Assembly (NCBI GenBank): GCA_965112735.1
Contig: OZ218953.1
Location: forward strand, 3,286,001-3,350,000
Reading direction: 5' to 3'
Source: Phaeosaccion multiseriatum
Taxonomy: Eukaryota > Protista > Ochrophyta, other classes
Length of the DNA: 64,000 nucleotides
Of this stretch, positions 56,087-64,000 are shown piece by piece. Made by a program: the position numbers and the translations under genes. Within the stretch, counting starts at the first letter, position 1, and each line of letters starts with the position of its first letter. Below the pieces are notes generated by a model. The model was given only the letters and a program-made list of their open reading frames with translations, made no database searches and was not told the origin of the DNA.

Positions 56087-57895
56087 ATGTCATCCTCGCT
56101 GCTGAGCGATGCAGCCCTTTTCAGCGCATGCGCGACGCTGGAGCAGGAGCTGGTCTTGCTGAAAGGCATGCTGCGCCGCAACGTCAGCCAGCACCGCGGG
56201 GCCAAGTACTACCACGCGCTTCGGCAGGTCTTCAAGGCGTACCAGCAGCGCCTTTGTGCCAGGGACATCCCGGCCCTGGTCGCTCGCTCTGAGACGCTAG
56301 GCAGTAGGGTCGTGGGGCAGGGCAAGAGCGCGAGAGCGCAGGCGTCCTGGTTGAACGAATGTATGGCTCATGCTCGGATGCTGCAGCTAGCCCAAGGTGA
56401 GTGAGTGAGTACAGGCAGCAAAGCCTGGACAGGTCTCGCCTTGTGATACTTCATTGCGTTCCTCTGGCCATGTCACTAACAACCGCGCCCCCTCTTTCGT
56501 TTGGTCGTGCTTTTTTCCCTTCCCCTCCCCGGACGGAGCAGCCGCTTGTGTGGAGGCTGTGGAGGCCCTCTTGAAGTGTTCAAAGCTCCTCGCGCAGCAG
56601 ATATCGGCCACGTACTTCGTCGCGCTGTGCACCACTTTTCTAGCTTGCCTCGCGAGGCTGTACGCGTGTACCGTTCCCGTGGCCGCTCGCCTTGGGGCCG
56701 TGCTCCACACCCTGCTCGCCATAGTCGAGGTAAGCACGTGTATGCTCACACTGCACAGACGAGACGAGCGGTCTGACCCCCTGCTGAGGCTTTGGTTCAA
56801 AATTGTTGTTCTGCGTTCTGTCTTTGCCTGGAGGGAATCTGCCCCCCGAGACTTGTGATTTTGCCTTTTCTTTCGTTGATGACATAACCTGTCTTTATTA
56901 CGGTCCAGATTTTCCCTGTGCCACCGGCGCGATGGGTCCATCTGAACATAAGTCAGGGAGATTAAACAAAAGATGCAGTTCTTGCAATGCAAAGGGCCTT
57001 CCAGATTGGTCCTTTGCCGGTTTCTTTGTGCGCTCATCGAGCAAAAAGCTCCTTGTCCGCACCTGGAAGCTGTGCTCTAACCGCGCCTACATTCTCCCCC
57101 CCCCCAACCCGATCCCCGCATCTCCCTTGGGCGTATCAGGAGTCGCCCGTCGCCGTGTTGAACTTACCTGCCGGGGCACTAGCGGCGCACCGCTCTATGC
57201 CTTCCGTAACCGCCATGCTGGAGAAACTCTGCCCGACGCTCGTGGCGGGAGTGCAAGGAGTGGCACGGAAGGGGCCTGGTGGCGGCGCATGCGGTCCGGC
57301 GGCGCGTGCTGCTACTGCGGCCGGAGATGAGAGGGGGGAGTCCACAGTAGAAGGGAACGGTGGAGAGGAGAGGGAGGAGTCCACCGTAGAGGGGAAAGGT
57401 CGGCCAAGGGTGCTTTCTTCCAAGCCTCTCTTGGCTGGAGACTACAGCAGCAGCGGTAGTGATAGCGATAGGGACGATGGTGCCGCCTCTCTGTTTGTGC
57501 CGTCGACCTCCTCGTCGTCCTCGTACTCGAAGGGGGGCAAGATGTCCTCAGCCGTGGCAGAAGAACGTGGCAAGACAGCGGCGAAGTCAGAGTCTGAGCC
57601 GCGGCTCTTCCCTGCAGAATTGGCGCCCAGCGAGGACAAGAAGCTGCCGATAATGAACAAGAAGAAGATGAAGAAGAAGGAGAAGCATATGAAGAAGAAG
57701 GAAGGCAGCCTCAAGGGGGCAAGCACCGCCGAGTTGGGCGGCTCCTCCTCCTCCCTGACAACCAAGACGAAGAAGAGCAAGAGCAAGGGCAAGAAGAAGC
57801 TGCGCGACGCTATGGACGACATCTTCTCCCCACTGAACAAGAAGAGCAAGAAGAAGGCCAAGAACACGCACCCTCCTCTGCTGCACGTGCCCTAA
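56087..57895 (+). CDS. Rmp1/NEPRO-like (DUF4477) nucleolar protein, putative RNase MRP subunit
   Basis: Exons 56087-56396, 56542-56729 (NAGNAG acceptor), 57140-57895. E-x-x-LL...RNVSQHR...YY, QISATYFVALCTTFLACLARL, Lys-rich tail ending KKKLRDAMDDIF. Confidence 0.72.
56871..56950 (+). ncRNA. Intronic box C/D snoRNA candidate (U35/snR73-like target region)
   Basis: C box TTGATGA 56876-82, antisense TAACCTGTCT-TTATT-ACGGTC 56885-56905, D' CAGA 56906-09, C'-like GCGATGG 56929-35, D CTGA 56942-45. External stem GACTTGTG (56850-57) / CATAAGTC (56947-54). Confidence 0.7.
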
Positions 57896-58160
57896 CGAGA
57901 TGCACAGAAGAGAACAAGAAACATTCTCGTCGCCGTACAGTATGTCTTGCGCGGGCTACCGCCTTGTTTGGCAGCAGTCTCAGAAATTGTAAAGAAAAGT
58001 GTACAAATTGTTGAAAAATGGAAGAGAAATCATTTTTAATTTATTAAGCAGCAAAAATGGAAGAGAGAGTATAAGCTCTCTCTCTTTGGGAAAGAACAAC
58101 CAAGGCCTTTGATGGTGGAAAATTACAGATATTTACAACAAACGGTGGTCCTTCGTCCTT

Positions 58161-60585
58161 CTAAAGGTCTGGGTCCTCCTCCTCTTCCTGCTTGCTATCG
58201 TCCCCGCCCAAGCTCAATGCTGCCAAGTCCAGTTGGCCCGCTGGTGCCGTCCCTGCCGCAAAGACTCTGCCCGCATAGTCGGGCTCGGCGCTCACGTCAT
58301 CAAGCGTAAGGTCGTCCAGCAGCTCGTCCACCGCAACGGCCTCTGTGTCCTTCTCCGCCTCCTGTGCATCGTCTTCCTCCTCCACCACCTTATCTTCCTT
58401 CTTGTGCCTCCCTCCTGCTCCTCCTGGTTGTTGCCTACCCCCTTTCTTTGAGTCCACCTTATACATGGCGACTTGTCCGCGCATTTCCTTGTCGGACTCA
58501 AGCTGTTGCATGAAACGCTCATAATCCGCCTCAGCCGCGTCCGCATCCTTGCGACTCAGCTGCTCCTCCTTGTCCTTCTCCAACCCCTGCAACTGCCACT
58601 TGCGCACGCTGTAGACCTTGCGCACCAAAACCACCTCTGGGAGCTCCCCCTTGAACCCTTTGAGCATGTCCCCGGGTACATTGGCGGTGGAGATGTCATA
58701 GCCCAACACAGTGTCGCCTGCATTGAGCAAGTGCCCCAGGTGCGTAATGGCGGTGGAGCGCTTGTCATTGACGCCCATGTCAGACTCCTTGGCCACTTCC
58801 ACCTCTGCCAGCCGGGCTTTCCTCTGGAAGGCTCGCGAGGAGGCCGCTGCGCCCTTCTCCTTGTGAATGGGCTCGGTACCCAACACGATGTACTTGACGA
58901 GGCGTGGGCTGCTCATGAGAGCACCAAAGCTCTTTTGCCAGTACTTTTCCGCGTTAATCTCCGCCTGTTGGGTGTTGGAGGGGGTGGGGATAAATGTGCA
59001 TTCCATCGAAGATGCCAGCCGCGTGGAGTCATCCATCAGACTCACACACACACAACACTTTGGTTCGCTCCACCCATGTACGCACGTACCGTCTGCGCTG
59101 AGAGAGGGTCGAGGATGGAGACAGAGGAGTTGACCCTTTGCACGAGGCACATCCTTGGGATACTACCGAGATTGGTGGCCAGGGAAGGGGGCAGGAGGAC
59201 GAGGTCGTCCTTGCAGACAGGCACAATCATGACGAGGTAGGTGAAGTGGAAGTTGGCCGTGTTGCTGTGGTTGTCGGCCGAGATGAGCTTCTTGCTTTGC
59301 TTGCAGGAGATGGGGATGAAGCTCTCCAGAAAGTTGAGGAAGCGCACAGCCTGATTCCGCTCCGCATAGAAGAAGTCCATGCCGTCCTTGAAGGACTGCG
59401 TGTATACATTGGCAGAGGCGAAGAGTCGAGCAAGAGCGTCGTAAAGCCGCCATGCCACGGAGTCCCACCGCAGACAAATGGAGAGCCGAGTCAAGGGGAG
59501 AGATCAGAAGGAAGAGAGTGAGGCTGGAGCAAGGCAGCAAAGCGCGAGTTCAAAGAAGAACCAAAGAAGGGTAGGTGAAACAAGGGTGGGGAGGGGTTGG
59601 ACCACAAAGGGATGAAAAGGGGGTTGAATGAAGAAATAATGTCTCAGTCGACAGGTCTTTTCCCACACGCAGCAAGTGCTGCTCAATAAGGTGGGGAAGG
59701 TTTAAAAACTGAGGTTAGCCGAACGGCTGCTCTTCGGTCCTCATGACACCCCACTTTCACGACCCCTTTTTTGGGGTAGAGGACGACTTTGCATCCTCGA
59801 ATGTGGGGCAACGCCTAGAGATACCGGTCAGGCCCAGGCCAGGGCAAGTCAATACATGCAAATCGCGGCCTGCCACTTCTTCTATGCACAGGGAAGAAAG
59901 ACAAAAACAAAGCCAAAGATAAAGCAAAGGAGGTGAGAGACGCACGCACCTGGACGCTGATGCAATGGCTGTGGGCGTTGTGTTTGAGAATAAGCTGCTC
60001 CAGATAGTAAAAGGTTCGCTTGTGGTCCACCCGTTGCCGCACCTGCACCACCGCCTTCCACGTTTGGTTGCAGAAGGACTCCTGGCAGGCATCGCACTGC
60101 TGATTCCGGACCACAAACTCCACGATAAAGGCCTGCTGCAAGATGGCCCCGTTCACAACCTCCTTCTGGACTGTGAGCTTGAGCTTGAGCCGCTTACTGT
60201 GCGGCTCCGTCCAGATCCAAGACGCGTCCACCAGCTTGACGCCGGCCTTCTTCAGACCGACCACCTTGCGCAGGCACAGGGCCATGAGCTCCCTCGACTC
60301 CAACTCGCAAGCCACCCAGGGCGGCCGCAGCCAGCGGAGACAGCCCCTACACTGGTACATGGTGAGGCTGGTGGCGATCCCCTCCGTGATGTTGGCAGTG
60401 ACTCTAATGCACTGCACGCACATGTTGGTGGGGTTGGGTTTGATGGCGATGGAGCACGTGCAGCAAAGCACCGTGGGCAGCTCGGACCCCGCCATCGGCA
60501 CGTCGTCAGGCCCACCCGCTGATGACAGTATCAAGTCGTCCCCCCCCGCCCCCCCCTCTGTCGCCATCGCTACCGCAGCTGCCAT
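58161..60585 (-). CDS. NMD3: 60S ribosomal export adaptor NMD3
   Basis: Exons 60585-59950, 59395-59090, 58964-58161. CCTC...[81 protein letters not shown]-terminal LLDDLTL NES. Confidence 0.97.
59637..59828 (-). ncRNA. Intronic dual-guide box H/ACA snoRNA (~190 nt) in NMD3 intron 1
   Basis: Read on the minus strand. 5' hairpin: CGGT-A-TCTC/GAGG-ACCG lower stem, pocket TAGGCGTT/GTCAT, upper stem GCCCCAC/GTGGGGT. H box AGAGCA (59733-59728). 3' hairpin: CTCAGTT/GACTGAG lower stem, pocket TTTAAAC/ACCTGTC, upper stem CTTCCCCAC/GTGGGAAAAG. ACA at 59642-59640. Both pockets lie 14 nt from their box. Confidence 0.88.
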
Positions 60586-60939
60586 TCCTCCTCCACACTG
60601 TGTGTGGCGGAGAAAAAGAGGGGAAGTGGAAGCTGTGCAGCGCCGCAAAGGGGCTCTGGCCATGAAACTGAAATTCCCCAATTTTTGAGTGGCGTCGCGC
60701 ACTCAAAAGAAGAAGGTGAGGAAGGGGTTGTATGTTGGGAGTGCGTGCGCCAAAGCGTGCTCGCGCTCCTGTCCTCTCTCTCCACCTCGGTTGGCCGCGC
60801 TTTTCTGCTTCCTGAAAGAGTCTTGGGGAAGAAAAAAATCTCACCTCCCCCCCCTCCCTCCTCTCCCTCTCTCTCTCTCTTTCCCTCCTCTTGCATTCCC
60901 TTCTCCCTTGTCAGGAAGACTTCACATTCAAAGCAAATC
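60586..60939. promoter_or_regulatory. Probable bidirectional promoter between NMD3 and RACK1, with a pyrimidine tract upstream of RACK1
   Basis: Divergent ATGs 354 bp apart. CT-rich tract at 60845-60910. Confidence 0.55.
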
Positions 60940-62019
60940 ATGGCCGAGCAACTGAAGCTGAGGGGAGAGCTCCCCGGACACGACGACTGGATCACCTCCA
61001 TCGCCGCCACGAGCGAGGATGACGACATGATTGTGTCCTCCTCCAGGGACAAGAGCATCCTTGTGTGGACCCTCACCCGAGGGGAGGAGAGCTACGGCTA
61101 CCCCAAGCGCTCCATGCACGGGCACGGCCACTTTGTGTCCGAGGTGGTCATCTCCTCCGACGGAAACTTTGCTCTGTAAGTGAAGGTGGTGATGTTCGAG
61201 AGGAAGACAGGGTGTCTCATTTGTTCACCTCTCTGTGTGTCTCACGCACACTGTCGTATATCCGTTCGACACAGGTCTGGCTCATGGGACGGAACCCTGA
61301 GGCTGTGGGAGATTGCGACTGGCAACACCACTCGCCGCTTCGTCGGCCACGACAAGGATGTGCTGTCTGTCGCCTTCAGCGCTGACAACCGACAGATTGT
61401 GTCTGGCAGCCGTGACAAGACCATCAAGCTGTGGAACACCCTTGGAGAGTGCAAGTACACCATCCAGGAGGAGGGACACACTGAGTGGGTCTCCTGCGTT
61501 CGCTTCAGCCCCAGGTATGCTCTGCATTCTGCTCTTCCGTCTTCTGCTGCTGCTGCTGCTCTTTCGAAACCAGGCCTGACCCCCCCCTCTCTCCCTCTCG
61601 CTCCTCCATTCCCGCAACAGCCCCAGCGCCCCTGTGATTGTGTCTGCGGGCTGGGACAAGCTCGTGAAGGTGTGGGGCCTGTCCAACTGCAAGTTGCGCA
61701 CCAACCTTGTGGGCCACACCGGCTACCTCAACACGGTCACTGTCTCCCCCGATGGCAGCCTGTGTGCCTCCGGTGGAAAGGACGGAACCGCCATGCTGTG
61801 GGACCTTAACGAGGGCAAGCGCCTGTACAGCCTGGACGCCGGAGACACCATCAACAGGTGGGTTGCGTTTGGGTTGGATTGGGAAAGGCTCATTTTTCCT
61901 TTCCCTCTGAGAGGGGCGTGGGTGAATGCCGTGATTTGCTCTTGTACTTATTTGCATTTATGAGTAGTTTCTGTGGCTTAGTATACTGACCCGGGACCCC
62001 TTCCCACTGTGCCATCCTT

Positions 62020-62064
<45 letters not shown>

Positions 62065-62329
62065 CCTTTTCTCCACGACCACCAGCTTGGTGTTCTCGCC
62101 CAACCGTTACTGGCTGTGCGCCGCCACCACGCAGGGTATCAAGATCTGGGACCTCGAGTCCAAGATTGTCGTGGACGAGCTCAGGCCCGACTTCCCCCAG
62201 ATCTCCACCACCACCCGCGCCCTCATCCCCTACTGCACCTGCCTGTGCTGGTCCAGCAACGGCTCCATCCTGTACTCCGGCTACACTGATGGCGTGATTC
62301 GCGCGTGGCACGTGGCTGGCACCATGTAA
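60940..62329 (+). CDS. RACK1: RACK1 (40S ribosomal WD40 protein), 318 aa
   Basis: Exons 60940-61175, 61275-61514, 61621-61857, 62086-62329. [65 protein letters not shown]. Confidence 0.98.
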
Positions 62330-62787
62330 ACAGCAGCGCATGAGCATCCTCACATGACTTCAGCGTTGTTGAGAGTTTGAGAATTGAGAGTGCACTTCTC
62401 AACTCCTGGGCTCTGCTTTGAATAATGAAGGCCTTTTCTTCCCCCTTTCCTCTTATCTTACTATTGCGAAACCTTTATTGTATTTCATCGCAATAGTTAG
62501 CTCATAATTGTATTGCAAATGGGACGCATGATCGTGTCTACGCACGCAGGCCGACTGAGCATTGCTCTACCGTGAAGGAGAAGAAGAACCACAGGCATCG
62601 ACTCCTGCTGAGCTTTCCGCTCATGGACCCGCCTCGCCTCCTCCTAGCAAGCTTCTGCCCCAGCCAAACCTCATGGGTGAACTCAACTAACCGCCCCAGC
62701 CCCCCCCCCCCCCCCATACACCTTTCCCTCCGCCTTGATACACTTGTCGGGTCAGTCCTGAAAATAAATACATTGACATTACCCCCG

Positions 62788-63386
62788 TCACGGCGTCGCA
62801 ACGCGGGCGGAAGAGGAAGAGGCGGCAGGGTCTGGGGGAGTTTCGTTGCCGTCTCCGCCCAAGCTGACGTTATTGAGCACTGCCCATATGATGATGGCCA
62901 CCACGAGCACGACATTGATGCACCCAAAGCACTGCAGCCCCAAGAGGAGGGTGGAGGGAAGGAGTCAAGAGGGGCGTTGGAGGGAGCAAGGAGGGAAGGC
63001 GTCACGTAAGCAAGCCAAGTCAGCCAGTTTCAGTGGGGGAGAGGATAGGAGAGGGGAAGTAAGTGGGAAGGATAGGATGAACTTAACTTAAACAAACACC
63101 CTACGCCGCAACACAAAGTATTGGCCCAACAGTGGTGCACTCACCTGAATGAATTTGTCGGTCATCATGCGCTTGCTAAATACCATGATGAGCTTGTCCG
63201 CCCGCTGCATTTGGCCCTCGATGTTTCGCACGCCTTGGTTGGCCGACTCAATCTTTTCTCTATTTGCCACCATGCCTGCGAGTGCCTCGTCTCCCACTTC
63301 GTTGGCAGCCTGCGCGTGGCTTACAATGTTCTTGAATTTGTTCTCAATGTCGTCCTGCACTCTCCCCGCCTCATCCAGCTACACCA

Positions 63387-63437
<51 letters not shown>

Positions 63438-63916
63438 GAGAGCACGCGGTGCGGTGAGCACGAACAGATGTGCAGGAAGGGGTGGAGGTGGTTGAGGTCA
63501 GGTCGGGTGGGATGTGGGGGGGGGGGAGTAGGGTGGAAAGGGGGGGGGGGAGGTGGATGGGGTGAGGTGATGAGGGGACGCACACAGGACACGAGTGGGA
63601 AATAAACCTAGGAGGAGAGACTGACTCCCCATAGAAACAAGCGCAGAGAGAGATGTCTAACCTTTTCCTCCGCTGATGCTTTCTGCGGCTCCTCCTTTGG
63701 TGAACCCCCCCTTCCCGTCAGCCCCACGAAGAGCTCACTCCTATCCGAAGTTGTGGTCTTTGCCTCTTCCAGCGTCTGCTTCAACGCTGCAAACTCCTTG
63801 TCTTTCCGGTCCTTGTCCCCGCTGTATCGCGCCTTCTGAACAGCGTCGCGCATGAGCTTGATCTCGAGGCCGTAGCTGCGGCGCATGTTGTCTATTCGGC
63901 TAACGATCTTCGAGGC
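62788..63916 (-). CDS. NPSN/Vti1-like Qb-SNARE, 5' part lies beyond the right edge
   Basis: Exons 63916-63662, 63378-63145, 62931-62788. Habc end (RSELF), SNARE coil ending RADKLIMVFSKRMMTDKFIQ|CF, TM INVVLVVAIIIWAVL, luminal PPDP tail typical of NPSN. Confidence 0.85.
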
Positions 63917-64000
63917 CTGAAGAAGTGTAGAGGCGGAGGCATAGGGGGGGGGGGAGGGGGCAGGAGGAGGAAGAGGAGGAGGGGGAGGAGGAGGAGGGGG

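Noticed and set aside
59637-59750. Alternative reading of the NMD3 intronic RNA as box C/D (ATGAGGA...CTGA), U3, SRP, RNase MRP or telomerase RNA
   Set aside because: Diagnostic motifs of those RNAs are missing. The H/ACA model explains both hairpins, the spacing and two known target sites.

Overview
Intron-rich, microsatellite-saturated eukaryotic nuclear DNA. It is most likely an ochrophyte (photosynthetic stramenopile) alga, inferred from signal-peptide+Phe presequences, EsV-1-7 repeats and a flagellar SHIPPO protein. I traced 16 spliced protein-coding genes by hand, with exon phases summing to whole codons: DBP2/DDX5 (partial), a ~3040-aa 31-exon Ig-like/FN3/EGF/TSP1 single-pass surface protein, an atypical SDR epimerase, an F-box protein, a SHIPPO-repeat protein, RPN9, a PNGase-like protein, SUMO, an EsV-1-7 repeat protein, IWS1, PAN3, a DGAT2-family acyltransferase, an Rmp1/NEPRO-like protein, NMD3, RACK1 and an NPSN-like SNARE (partial). 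Genes alternate strand at 14 of 15 junctions. Most short ORFs in the supplied track are simple-repeat translations. The strongest hidden signal is a ribosome-biogenesis mini-cluster (Rmp1-like, NMD3, RACK1) whose repeat-free introns carry guide RNAs. One is an elaborated ~190-nt dual-pocket box H/ACA snoRNA in NMD3 intron 1, whose two pockets match known LSU pseudouridine sites. The other is a box C/D snoRNA in Rmp1-like intron 2 that is complementary to the same LSU helix 92/93 segment. Other notable signals are complementary repeats at the two ends of introns, a long hairpin-rich DBP2 intron, a candidate 6-nt micro-exon and two GC-AG introns. rRNA target sequences and numbering are recalled from conserved eukaryotic LSU rRNA and need checking against this species.
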